From: Mobula hypostoma
Taxonomy: Eukaryota
DNA length: 64,000 nt
Direction of reading: 5' to 3'
Assembly: GCF_963921235.1 (NCBI RefSeq)
Contig: NC_086097.1
Location: 155,374,001 to 155,438,000, forward strand
The notes under the pieces were generated by a model. The model saw only the letters and a list, made by a program, of their open reading frames with translations. It was not told the DNA's origin and searched no databases. Of this stretch, positions 50,201-60,599 are shown in pieces (position 1 is the stretch's first letter; every line of letters begins with the position of its first letter). The translations under genes and the position numbers were made by a program.

Positions 50201-53200
50201 GGAGGCTCATGGAAATCATCCTGGGAAAGAAAGCCTCACTGCATAAGGAACAATTGAAGACTCTGGACTGGCGCTCACTGGAGTTTCTAACAATGAGGCT
50301 GAGGGGTGGCGGGGTGGCAGGGGGAATCTCATTGAAATCTACCACATATTCCAAGGCCCAGACAGAGTGGATGTGAAGGTGATGCTTCCTATAGTGTTAG
50401 AGTCTGAGACCAGGAGGTACAGCCTAAGAATAGAAGGATGTCCCTTTACAGGTGTTGAGGGGTGATTCATTTAGCCAGAGGCTGGTGACACTATGGAATT
50501 CATTGTGACAAATGGCTGTGGAGGGCAAGTCAATGGCTATATTTAAAGCAGTGGTTGATAGGTTCTTGATTAGTAGGGGAGTTGAAGGTTATAGAGAGGA
50601 AGCAAGAGAATGCAGTTGAGAGGGATAATAAATCAGCCATGATGGAATGGTGGAAGAGACTGAATGCCTTAATTTGCTCCGATGTCTTATCTTCTTTTGA
50701 ATTTATGGTTAGTGGAGCAATGCAGAGAAAATGTCGCAGGAACTGAGCAGGTCAGACAGCATTCATGAAGAGAAGTAAACAGTCTGCTTTATGGGCTAAG
50801 ATCCTTCACCAGGACTGGAAAGGGAGGGAGCAGAAGCGAGAATATGAAGGCATAGGAGGCTGGTAGGAGAAGCTGGCGGCTGTAGCTGAGACCAGATGAG
50901 GGGGAAGGTGACTGGGTGGGGAGGTGAGGATGAAGTAAAAAGCTGGGAGATGATTGGTGGAAGAGCTGAAAGGCTGAAGAAGGAGGATTCTAATAGGAAA
51001 CGAGAGTGGACCATGGAAGAATGAGGAGGAGGAGGAGGGGAACGACAGGAAAGTCATGAGCAGGTGGGAGCAAAGCGGGTGAGAGTGGAACCATGAAGAG
51101 GAATGGAGAAAGATTGAAGGGGACAGGGGGAGAAAACACCATAAAGAAAAAAAATCTAATGTTCAGTAACATTACCCTTTCACCTCAGCTGCTCCAGCGA
51201 AAATAGTCCCAGTCTATCTAAGACTCAAGTTCTCTGGTCCCAGCAGTACATGTTCTGCAGTTTTCCAGCTTAATGACAGCATTGATGCCTGTCGCTGGTG
51301 GGTAAAGGAGAAGGAAGGTGCCGTGACATGCAGACTAGGGAGGCCTGGCTGTTAGTACAAAAATCTCACAGGCCTGGAACATCCAGTTGCGGGGAGAGAT
51401 AGATGGGACAACACAGTAGCGTAGTGGTTAGTGTAAGTACAGGGTTCAATTCCTAACACAGTCTGTCAGGAGTTTCTACATTCTTCCCATGATTGTGTGG
51501 TTTTCCTCTGTGCTCTGCTTTCCTCTCACATCCCAAGACACGTGGGTTAGGGTTAGTGAGTTGTGGGCATGCTACGTTGATGCTGACGCGTGAACTCAGT
51601 TGCGGGATGCTCCCAATGCAGTATCAGACTGTGTTGGTTGTTGACACAAATGACACATTTTACTGTATGTTTTGATGTACATGTGACAAATAAGGGTAAC
51701 TATAAGGGTTCTCATTGTGATTGCATGCATTTCCCCAGCTGATCCAGTTTACTCCCACATTCCAAAAAAAGCATGGTGACCCTTGCACACTGAGCCCAGT
51801 ACATAGATGGGCTGTATCCATCTCCAAAACAAGGTACTGTATTTCACTGTATGCTTCGATGCACACGTGACAAATAAAGCTTATCTGTCTTTTAGGCACC
51901 GCAGTAGGGTAGCGGTTAAAGTGACACTATTACACTCGAGTGGAGTTCAGAGTTCAATTCGACACCATCTGTACATTCTCCCTGTGACTGCACGTCTTAC
52001 CTCTGAGTGCTCCCATCTCCCTCTCACAGACCAAAGACGTACCAGTTAGTTGGTTAATTGGTCATTGTAAATTGTCCTGTAATTAGGCTGGGGTTAAATA
52101 GGTGTGTTGTTGGGCAGTGCACCTGAAGGTCCAGAAGTGCCTATTCCGCACTGTATCTCTCAATAACAATAATTAAATTAATTAAATCATTAAGATACAG
52201 TGTTGTACCTTGAACAGGTCCATTGCATGCATACTATCCACTTCTATATTCATCATATGCATAAACTGCTTCACTTCTTCCAGCGTCATTTTGGCGTTCT
52301 TATCAATATTGGCCTTCTGCAGGTAAAGTTGGAACAATCTGCGAAGTGATGCAAGGAAACAACTCAAGCAGTGGGGTACAGCCCCATCCAAACCCAAGCA
52401 ATGGGGTACAGCCCCATCCAAACCCAAACAGTGGGGTACAGTCCCATCCAATCCCAAACAGTGGGGTACAGTCCCATCCAAACCCAAAGAGTGGGGTACA
52501 GTCCCATGAGAGTCACACACAGTAATGCACACAAACATAGATCACAGACACACTCATGCAAACACATATACACAGACACACAGATACACAAACACAAGGC
52601 TGATGTCAGTGACAATAAACATGATTCTCATTATGTGTTCTTATACCTATAGGCTTATGTACTTCTAAGTCAGGTTACGTGACTTGGAGGTGAAGTAGTT
52701 CCCACGTGCCTGCTACCATTGACTTCTACACGGGGATGGACTTAGGTGCCAATGTCGAAGAAGACAAAGGATGAAATGGTACCCTCCCTTTCTGACATAC
52801 TTAGCAAAGGATACTGGTCCAGCTGCTCTCTCCGTTTCATGCTGGAGTTTCTGATCTTCAGTTTTGTAAGGCCATTGACCCAGTGCTGGGCCTCCTCAGC
52901 GCTGTTGGCCACCAGGTCCAGTTTAGTGTTCCTCTCCTTAAAGAGGATGGAGAAGCTGCAATCAGTGCGCTTCTCCAATATCACCTCTGACCAGTGGCCT
53001 GCCCTCACCTCTTGGATGTCAGCGATGGAGACTGGAGGGGATTGGGGGGTGGGTGGGTTAGAACAGCAACAGAGATCAGAACAAAATACTCAGATTCAGA
53101 TTAATAAACACAAGAGATTCTGCAGATGCTGGAAATCCATATTAGCACACAGAAAATGCTGGATGGACTGAGCAGGTCAGGCAGCATCGGTGCAGAAAAA

Positions 53201-56200
53201 TAAACAGTCAATGTATCAGATTTTCCAAAATTGGCCAGAGTCCTGATGAAGTGTCTCAGCTCAGAACGTCAACTCTTTATCCTCTCCAGAGAGCAGCCTG
53301 ACCTGCAGATTCAGATTTATTTATTACGTGTACATCAAAACACACAGAATCCTCAAAGATCACCCTCAATCCAGACATGCACGCTTCTCCTCTCTCCCAT
53401 CAAAATAAAAAAGCTTGAAAACACATATCCCCAGGCTCAAGGACAGCTTCTATCCCATGGACTCAGTTCTCTTTGCCTTATTGCAGGAAGGATGTGGCAG
53501 TTTCAGGAAGAGTGCAGATGAGATTTACCCAGATGCTGACTGGACTGGTGGGCATGTCTATGAATACAGGTTGAGCACACTATGGCTGAATTGAGTGCAG
53601 TTGATATTATGAAAGAGAAGGTACATGGAAAACTGGAAGGCCTAAGGTACATAAGACAAATGCACCAGGATAGACAGAGGAGAATCAATGGATGTTTTTT
53701 TTACTTGGATTTGCATTGACAACATGTCGCACACGAAGCTGCTTAAGAAGAGCCCATGGTATAAGTTGCATGAACAGAAGATTGCCTGCGTAATGTGAGG
53801 CAAACAGTGGGAATAAAGGAGGCCTGTTCTGTTTGGCTGTTGATAACATGTTGTGTTCCGCACACATTGTATATCAATAATTTGGATGACGAACTTGATC
53901 ACTTTGTGGCCGGGTTTTCAGATGATGATACAAAGATAGGTGGAGGGGCAGGTAATATTGAGGAAGCAGGGTCTACAGAGAGATTTAGACAGATGAGGAG
54001 AATGGGCAAAGAAGTGGCAGATGGAATATAATTTAGGGACGTGTATGTCATGCAATTTGGTCAAAGGAATAAAGGCATAAGGCTATTTTCCAAATGGGAA
54101 GAAAATTAAAGATTCAGAAGTGCAAAGGGATTGGATGTCCTTGTTGAGGATTCCCTGAAGGTTAACTTGCAGGTTAAGTTGGTGGCATGGAAGGCAAATG
54201 CAATATTAGCATTCATTTCGAGAGGACAAGAATATGAGCAGGATGAAATGCTGAGGCTTAAATAGATATTGGTCAAATTGCACCAGTATTGTGAACAGTT
54301 CTGGGCCCCTTCAAAAAGATGTGTGGTATTGGAGATCATCCGGAAGTTGTTCATGAGAATGAGTCCTGGAATGAAAGGATGAACAGATGAGGAGAGTTTG
54401 CTGTCTCTGGGCCTGTAACTGTTGGAGTTTCGAAGAAAGAGGGGAGATCTCATTGAAACCTAATGAGATTTAAAGTCCTACATAGAGTGCATGTGGAGTG
54501 GATGTTTCCTGTTATCACTTGACTCCCAAGCAGACCTCTCATCAAATTGTCCTCCTTTCTCTCCCCCCATTTTTTTATTTGGTTGTCTTCCTCTCTTTTC
54601 CTTTTGGTCCGAAACATTAACTACTTATTTTTCTGGATGCTGACATAACACCTGAAGCGTCCAGCAGGCAGCACCAACATCTCCAAGAGCAATGATGCCA
54701 TCTGTCTGGATGGTGATGCTCACCCCAACTCACTGGGACTGATTAAGTGGCGTTCAAGGCTGGTGGCTGCATGTATTAGTTCTTCAATCATGATACTTAA
54801 TCTGCTTGTTAGAATCAACTGCTAAGGTTAGTCAATCTCTGTGGAATTGCTTTTGCATGTTTGGTACTGAAAAAAGACTTACCTGGAATCTAGCCTGTGG
54901 AAACACCCCTTTTGTTTTGTGGACTGACTGCATCATTTTCTCCTGAGCCCTGAATCTTGTGAGACAGTCTATCTGAAGCCTTTATAGTGTATTCTTCGTG
55001 AACTCTTAAATTGCCTGTGTATTTTTGTTGGAATCTGAACAAGTGAATGTGGCAAGACAGTTGTACTGAGAACTTCTCACTGTTGAAGTAAAGTCTGAAG
55101 TCATTTGAGTCAGTGTCTGTGTACAATTGTACTTTAACCCACCTACATCTTTTCTGCTGACTTATCCAGAGTTGTGTATGTGTTGCTCTAGATGTCCAGC
55201 ATCTGCAGAGTTTCTTGTGTTCATGCAGGAAAATTATTCTTTTGATCTTTCAACCCATCTGACTTGATTTGATGCAAAATGACAGATTTCACTGTCTGTC
55301 TCGATGCACATGTCACAAATACACTCACTGGCCACTTTATTAGGTACCTCCTGTGCTGAGTACAGGTTTGTGGTCTTCTGCTGCCATTGTCTGCCCACTT
55401 CAAGGTTTGGCATGTTGTGCTTTCAGAGACATTCTTCTTCCAACCACTTGTACCACATGGCTACTTAAGTTACGTCCAACTTCCAGGCAGCTTGATCCAG
55501 ATTGGACTTCGTTCTCTGGCCTCTCTCATTAACAAAACATTCTGCCCACAGAAATGAGACTCACTAGATGTTCTTTAGTTTTGTGTTTTGTTTTGAACCA
55601 TCTGTAAATACTAGATGATCAGCCATGATCACAGTGAATGGCGGTGCTGGCTCGAAGGGCCGAATGGCCTACTCCTGCACCTATTGTCTATTGTCTCGAG
55701 AGCATTGTGCATGAAAATACCAGCATGACTGGCTGATTAGATATTTGCCTTAATGAGCAGGTGTACCTAATGTGCCAGTGATTATATTCTACATTCTGTA
55801 GTGATTTTTGCTTTTACTACCTCAATGTATTGCTTCAAAGTAATGTGTGTCTAGCTGTCAAAGTCAAAATTGAGTTTATTGTCTTGTGTGCAACTACATG
55901 TTTGCACAGGGCACTGAAAAACTGGCTTCCAGCAACATATATGGCTCATAGCATCAGATAAGCACCATTCACAAGAAATTAAATTAATAGACAATATCTT
56001 CAAGAATGAACACCATTAGAAAATGAAGTGATCAAAGCAAAACCAAGTTTTACACTTCATCTCATTACATGTGACAATAACAAACCAATATTAAATAGAG
56101 GGAGGAAGTTAAAGCTCCCAGGGCAAACACGTGTGTTCACATGGAGAACGTACAAGCTCCACACAGACAGCACAAAGGTCAAGGGGCATCACTCTTGCGT

Positions 56201-56825
56201 GGCAGTTACCAGGACGCTATGACAGCTCAGGTCGTCAGAGTTCACATTTCAATTTTGGCACCGTCTGCAAGGGGCTTATTCATACTCCCTGTGATCAAGT
56301 GGGTTTCCTCCACAGTCCAAAGTCGTACAATTTAGTAGGATAATTAGTAATTGAGTATTGTCCTGCCATTGGGGTCATGTTAAGTAGGCGAGTTGTTGGA
56401 CCAGAAAGGCCTGTTCTGCGTTCTATCTCAAAATAAAATGAATTAAATTTTATTTCATTCTGCTGTTTCTGCCCAGATCAGAGCTGCCTTCAGGCAGCAA
56501 ATCTACTGGCTCCAACATGGTGTCATACCATCAATCAAGCCCACCAGTCCAGTCTCATCACTGGCATTGTTGGCCCCTTGGACAAATATTTTAGTAAACT
56601 TTCTACCAACACTCTCACTGTCCCGTCCCACCATCCCTCTAAGACTTGCACAGCACTCACAAATTTGGTTCCTGGCTCTCTTGAAGATTTTCTGAGAGTC
56701 ATACCACACCGTCTGACAGTCCTCCTGGAGCCTGTAATAACGGAACTTCATCCAAAAATGAGACTTAATTTTCAGCAGACGGCTCCCTTTGAGCATGACT
56801 TCAAGATCTTCTTCGTTGAAGTCTT
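23155..56825 (-). CDS. PLCD1-like: Phosphoinositide phospholipase C delta-1-like gene, divergent paralog. Exons 2-15: join(56825-56661, 53031-52815, 52338-52209, 50021-49793, 47695-47494, 45053-44909, 39177-39037, 37985-37845, 35881-35725, 32929-32816, 30682-30507, 28669-28534, 25752-25603, 23237-23155)
   Basis: Fourteen exons totalling 2186 nt, read by hand. All have GT..AG boundaries, phases match at every junction, and there is no internal stop. The translation aligns colinearly with PLC-delta1 in the order PH, EF, X, linker, Y, C2 and ends ...LFVNIRID*. Confidence 0.93.
24102..24405 (-). mobile_element. tRNA-derived SINE
   Basis: Head GGCACGTGGCCAAGTAGTTAAAGCG...AATTCGAGCC contains A-box and B-box-like motifs, followed by a non-tRNA body. 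Confidence 0.65.
25603..25752 (-). CDS. PLCD1-like: PLC-delta-like exon 14, C2 domain
   Basis: GFNPMWNTYFQFDVCMPELAFVHFLAQDFPGSSRNDFIGQFTLPFTSLQQG; boundaries tttcag| and |gtattg; 150 nt. Confidence 0.94.
26519..26748 (+). mobile_element. Probable short solo LTR
   Basis: Near-inverted termini TGCTGTAG...CTACAACA, a TATAAAT box and AGTAAA; no clean target-site duplication. Confidence 0.45.
28534..28669 (-). CDS. PLCD1-like: PLC-delta-like exon 13, C2 domain
   Basis: VLSAQQLPKTNKAKPSSVVDPLVKVQVFGVKDDNDQKVTPHVSNNG; boundaries ccacag| and |gtaagt; 136 nt. Confidence 0.93.
29310..30155 (-). mobile_element. Solo LTR, 846 bp
   Basis: Termini TGTTACG...CGTAACA form a perfect 7-bp inverted repeat. 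A 4-bp target-site duplication AAGC lies at 29306-29309 and 30156-30159. AATAAA is on the minus strand near 29395. Confidence 0.88.
30507..30682 (-). CDS. PLCD1-like: PLC-delta-like exon 12, end of Y box
   Basis: [35 protein letters not shown]; boundaries ctgcag| and |gtaaga; 176 nt. Confidence 0.94.
32816..32929 (-). CDS. PLCD1-like: PLC-delta-like exon 11, Y box
   Basis: [38 protein letters not shown]; boundaries tttgcag| and |gtaaac; 114 nt. Confidence 0.92.
   Translation of the reverse strand, partial: APLSSAMPNNWTGYIQKTGRQTRRTTLPLTCGTPATR
34398..35670 (-). mobile_element. Penelope-like retroelement 3' part with an intact GIY-YIG endonuclease segment
   Basis: ORF 34790-35116 reads IYCVRCSRCGLLYIGETRRRLGNRFAEH...PVATHFN...LQPDGMN. 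It is preceded by an RT C-terminus (LRHICS) and followed by a hammerhead-bearing tail. Confidence 0.9.
35725..35881 (-). CDS. PLCD1-like: PLC-delta-like exon 10, start of Y box
   Basis: DAKLYRVKELPGLLINCN...YEILSFVENKFNELVQDSG; boundaries ctcccag| and |gtaagt; 157 nt. Confidence 0.88.
37845..37985 (-). CDS. PLCD1-like: PLC-delta-like exon 9, end of X box and acidic X-Y linker
   Basis: ELKGKILVKLKRVNRVIGTIVENEEALDEDEAAEMEEVARKQKSQEK; boundaries atgtag| and |gtgagt; 141 nt. Confidence 0.92.
39037..39177 (-). CDS. PLCD1-like: PLC-delta-like exon 8, X box
   Basis: VTPYPFILLLRSYCSIEQEKVMVQVMESILGDKLLYKPFIGTMPSPE, a frame absent from the ORF track; boundaries ttccag| and |gtaagg; 141 nt. Confidence 0.92.
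44909..45053 (-). CDS. PLCD1-like: PLC-delta-like exon 7, X box
   Basis: ELNKGCRWMELECWNGRNGEPVIYHGFALTSEVLLRDVMEVINNYAFT; boundaries catcag| and |gtaagc; 145 nt. Confidence 0.95.
47494..47695 (-). CDS. PLCD1-like: PLC-delta-like exon 6, end of EF region and start of X box
   Basis: MTKDGFLFFLMS...VYQDMTKPLDQYYISSSHNIHLL; boundaries ttgttag| and |gtactg; 202 nt. Confidence 0.95.
48060..49025 (+). mobile_element. Decayed R2-superfamily (Hero/NeSL-like, REL endonuclease) non-LTR fragment
   Basis: NLYAWG...CLLCPGRGTLEHILSSC...GRYCWCHNQ is a CCHC knuckle followed by an RHN-like motif. Confidence 0.7.
49026..49712 (+). mobile_element. Tc1/mariner non-autonomous remnant, interrupted by another repeat
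   Basis: SDFD..MI..AR....SISETADLL.FS.TTVS.VY HTH motif; terminal ctaataaagtggccact inverted-repeat motif near 49690-49710. Confidence 0.75.
49793..50021 (-). CDS. PLCD1-like: PLC-delta-like exon 5, EF-hand region
   Basis: KCDKAKDGTICGREIKEFYHMLTDRKEI...QEFLWKEQRE...LIQMYELNEE; boundaries ccctcag| and |gtaagc; 229 nt. Confidence 0.92.
52209..52338 (-). CDS. PLCD1-like: PLC-delta-like exon 4, EF-hand 1
   Basis: LFQLYLQKANIDKNAKMTLEEVKQFMHMMNIEVDSMHAMDLFK; boundaries cgcag| and |gtacaa; 130 nt. Confidence 0.9.
52339..52814 (-). other. U12-type (minor spliceosome) GT-AG intron, 476 nt
   Basis: Donor |GTATCCTTT matches the U12 consensus. A branch-point-like TTTCCTTGCAT lies at 52359-52349, about 10 nt before CAG|. 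Confidence 0.8.
52371..52507. repeat. 30-bp minisatellite, about 4.6 copies
   Basis: gtggggtacagYcccatccaaacccaaRca units start at 52371, 52401, 52431, 52461 and 52491. Confidence 0.95.
52815..53031 (-). CDS. PLCD1-like: PLC-delta-like exon 3, C-terminal half of PH domain
   Basis: FSIADIQEVRAGH...FSILFKERNTKLDLVANSAEEAQHWVNGL; boundaries ccctccag| and |gtatcctttg; 217 nt. Confidence 0.92.
55322..55782 (-). mobile_element. Tc1-derived non-autonomous element; another fragment at about 62835-63000
   Basis: TA-flanked terminal repeat cactcactggccactttattaggtac and a degenerate partner gtacctaatgtgccagtga; contains a CR1 tail near 55616-55695. Confidence 0.7.
56661..56825 (-). CDS. PLCD1-like: PLC-delta-like exon 2, N-terminal half of PH domain
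   Basis: EDFNEEDLEVMLKGSRLLKIKSHFWMKFRYYRLQEDCQTVWYDSQK; boundaries ttcttcag| and |gtgagt; 165 nt, phase 1-1. Confidence 0.93.
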
Positions 56826-57049
56826 CTGAAGAAAACAGAGAGGACACATCAGTCAGAGAGACGTCAGAAAGGCAGAAAGGAAGTGAAGGCTAAGAAGGTA
56901 ATGAAGGAAAAGAGGGAGCGAGGGAGGAATGGGATAGGTAACTGGAGAATGCCTGGAGCAGGGAAAAGGTGTTAGTGTTCAGGAGAGAGCAAAAAATAAG
57001 ATATGATACTGATCAACAACACAGGCCCTTGTTATGTGACAGAACCCAT

Positions 57050-57617
57050 GGAAATCATGCAGCCCAGACAGTGAACCTGGCTGAATTTCTAAAGATCTCT
57101 GCTCATCAACTGTATGGAGTATTTACTGTTATCTTTAACTTTTCGCTACAGCAGTCTGAGGTACCCACCTACCTCAAGCAGATATCGATCATACTGGTAC
57201 CCAAGGAGATTCAGGTATCCTGCTTCAATGATGATCATTCAGTAGCATTTATATCCAATCCAATCCACCTACCATCACAACAGGTTACAGCAGATGCTAT
57301 TTCATTGACTCTCCCCTCAGCCCTAGAACATCTGCACAGGGAAGATGCACACAGCAGGACACTCTTCATTGATTACAGATCAGTAGTCAATGCTATCATT
57401 GCATCAAAACTAATCAATAAACTACAAGACCCTGACTTCAATACCTCTTTGCAAATGGGTCCTCAATTTGCTCACTTATTGACGCCAGTCACCAGACTGA
57501 CATCTCTTCCACAATCACCATCAACACAGGTGCACCACAAGGCAGTGTGCTTAACCCCATACTCTACTTGCTTTATACTTGAGACTGTGAGGCTAAAGAT
57601 AACTCCAATGGTACATT
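57050..57617 (+). mobile_element. Rex1-like LINE reverse transcriptase fragment; continues at about 58346-58440 after the CR1 insertion
   Basis: QLYGVFTVIFNFSLQQSEVPT...DAISLTL...RTLFIDY; an ADNTT (FADD-like) remnant follows the nested CR1. Confidence 0.75.
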
Positions 57618-57619
57618 AA

Positions 57620-58345
57620 GACCATAAAACAAAGGAGCAGAAGTCGGCCATTCGGCCCATCAAGTCTGCTCTGCCATTTTTTCATGAGCTGATCCATTCT
57701 CCCATTTAGTCCCACTCCCCCGCCTTCTCACCATAACCTTTGATGCCCTGGCTACTCAGATACCTATCAATCTCTGCCTTAAATACACCCAATGACTTGG
57801 CCTCCACTGCTGCCCGTGGCAACAAATTCCATAGATTCACCACCCTCTGACTAAAAAAATTTCTTCGCATTTCTGTTCTGAATGGGCGCCCTTCAATCCT
57901 TAAGTCATGCCCTCTCGTACTGGACTCCTGCATCATGGGAAAAAACTTTGCCACATCCACTCTATCCATGCCTTTCAACATTCGAAATGTTTCTATGAGG
58001 TCTCCCCTCATTCTTCTAAACTCCAAGGAATACAGTCCAAGAGCGGACAAATGTTCCTCATATTTAACCCTCTCATTCCCGGAATCATTCTTGAGAATCT
58101 TCTCTGCACCCTCTCCAACGTCAGTACATCCTTTCTTAAATAAGGAGACCAAAACTGTCCACAGTACTCCAAGTGAGGTCTCACCAGCGCCTTATAGAGC
58201 CTCAACATCACATCCCTGCTCCTATACTCTACTCCTCTAGAAATGAATGCCAACATTGCATTCACCTTCTTCACTACTGACTCAACCTGGAGGTTAACTT
58301 TAAGGGTATCCTGTACGAGGACTCCCAAGTCCCGTTGCATTCTGC
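57620..58345 (-). mobile_element. Young CR1-clade LINE 3' fragment nested in a Rex1-like element
   Basis: ORFs 58008-58361 and 57706-58152 (LYKALVRPHLEYC, RNFFSQRVVNLWN). Confidence 0.9.
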
Positions 58346-58559
58346 TTGCTGACAATACCACTGGTTTTGGGCTAAATCAAAGCTAAATAACATATAGGGA
58401 GAATGAAAATCTAGATGAATGGTGCCACAACAAACATATTATTGTGTGGGCCCTCTCAGCGGTGGCAACTGAACTCGACGAAGAAGTGCTTCTCGCAGGT
58501 CAGAGACGGTTATTTAAAACAAGAGCTTTGCAGGCATTAGTCCATTGTGCGGGGCCTAT

Positions 58560-60531
58560 CAGCGGTGGCAACTGAGCTCAACGAACTTACTAAAAGTACA
58601 GATGGGATAAGCGGAGCGGCCATTGTCGGGAGCAGGCCAGTGGCGAGAGTAGAAGCGACAGGCTTTGGCTCATTTGGGCTTCGGCGAGGTAAGTGGGTAG
58701 GTGGACTTCATTTTTGGGTTTTCATTGCATTTTTTTGAGGAATACAGAGCATGCCCAATAGGGTTAGTATTTTGTTCTGGGTGTCGGATGTGGGAATCCT
58801 GGGAATTTTCCTGTCTCCCAGATGGCCACATCTGCTCTAGGTGCACCGAGGTGCAGCTCCTGAGAAACGGTGTTAGGGATCTGGAGCTGCGGCTCGACGA
58901 CCTACAGCTTATTAGCGAGAGTGAACAGGAGATAGAGAGGAGCTACAGGGAGTTAATCACCCCAAGGCTGCAGGAGGTAGATAAGTGGGTGACGGTCAGG
59001 GAAGCGAAAGGAAGAGCTCTGATAGCAGAGAGCACCCCTGTGGCCATCCACCTCAGTAATCTTTATCTCACTTTGGATGCGATTGAGGGGGATGACCATG
59101 GCACTGAGCGTGGTGCAGAAGGGAAAGAGGAAGACGAGGAATGTGGTAGTCATAGAGGGATCCAGAGTGAGGGGAAAGAAAGGAGGTTCTGTCAGCCTGA
59201 TAGAGATACCCACATGGTGTGTTGCCTCCCAGGTGCCAGGGTACGGGATGTCTTGGTTCGGGTGCAGGGTATTCTGAAGGGAGAGGGTGAACAGCCAGAA
59301 GTCTTGGTACACGTTGGTACCAATGACAAAGGTAGAAAAAGTGAGGAGCTATTGGAGAGAAAATTCAGGGAGTTAGGAAGGAAGCTGAAAAGCAGGACCT
59401 CTTGGGTAGCAATCTCAGGATTGCTGCCTGTGCCACGTGCTAGCAAGTGGAAGAATAGCATGATCAGGTGTCTTAATGCGTGGCTGAGAGACTGATGTAA
59501 GGGGCAGGGCTTCAAATTCCTGGATCACTGGGGCCTCTTCTGGGGAGGTACGACCTGTACAAAATGTATGGGTTACACTTGAACCCAAAGGGGTCCAATA
59601 TCCGAGCGGGCATATTTACTTGAGCTGTTAGGGAGGGTTTAAACTAATTTGGTAGGGGGATGGGAACTGGGATGATAGGGCTGAGGAAGGGGAAAACAGA
59701 AATAAATCAAAGATAGCATGCAACAGAGATGATAGAAAGGACAGGCAGAAGATGAGGCATAATCACATCCAGTGGGATGAGTTACAGGGCAATAGAGGCG
59801 TGGTGCAGTTAAAACAGAAAGCAACAAATACTGGACCAAAAATGTTATGTTTGAATGCATGCAGCACAAGAAATAAAATGGCCAATCTTGAAATTCAGCT
59901 ATAGATTAGCAAGATTGACGTTGTGGCCATTTCTGAAACTTGGCTAAAGGATGGCTGTCACTGGGAGCTGAACGTGCAAAGATATTCAGTGTATCGGAAA
60001 GATAGGTTAGTAGGCAGAGGGGGTGGTGTGGCCCTGCGTATAAGAAATAATATTAAATCATTAGAAAGGGATGACATAGGATAGGAAGGTGTAGAGTGTC
60101 TATGGGTTGAGTTAAGAAATGACAAGGGTAAAAGGAACCAAATGGCAGTTGTATTCAGGCCTCCAAACAGCAGCCAGGATGTGGATTACAAATTACAGCA
60201 GAAGACAGAAAAGGCGTGTCAGAAGGCAGTCTCATGATAATCTTTGGGGATTTTAACATGAAAGTGGATTGGAAAAAGCAGGCAAGTACTGGACCTCAAG
60301 AGAGAGAATTTGTAGAATGTCTAAGGGATGGATTTTTGGAACACCCAAGTCATTGGGTGTATTTAAGGCAGAGATAGATAGGTTCTTGATTAGCCAGGAC
60401 ATCAAAGGATATGGGGTGAAGGCAGCGAAATGGGGATGACTGGAAGAAATGCATCAGCCCATGATTGAATGGCGGAGCAGACTCGATGCCGAGTGGCCTA
60501 CTTCTGTTCCTATATCTTATGGTCTTATGGT
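58560..60531 (+). mobile_element. CR1 LINE 5' region (ORF1 zinc finger, coiled coil and SGNH esterase; start of ORF2 AP endonuclease) joined to a CR1 3' tail
   Basis: ORF 58701-59495 has CxxC...CxxC, CLPGAR and VHVGTND. The endonuclease motifs DVVAISETWL, GGGVAL and GDFN lie at 59840-60260. A tcttatgg tail ends near 60531. Confidence 0.85.
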
Positions 60532-60599
60532 CCAACATCAGCCAAGCCAAATATGTGTTTCTTTGACTGCAGGAGGAAGAAATCAGGGGATTATCAGCA

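Noticed and set aside
52371..52507. CRISPR-like 30-bp periodicity
   Set aside because: The units are head-to-tail with no unique spacers, in a eukaryotic intron; it is a minisatellite.
54883..55126. Possible extra exon with a strong CAG|GTAAGT donor in intron 2
   Set aside because: The frames I tried hit stops before the donor, and exons 2 and 3 already join into a complete PH domain.
23155..56825. Identity as PLCZ1 or PLCL1/2 (PRIP)
   Set aside because: PLC-zeta lacks a PH domain, which is present here. PLCL proteins have a long C-terminal tail after C2 and a very large central exon. This gene ends right after C2 and has a delta-type many-exon layout.
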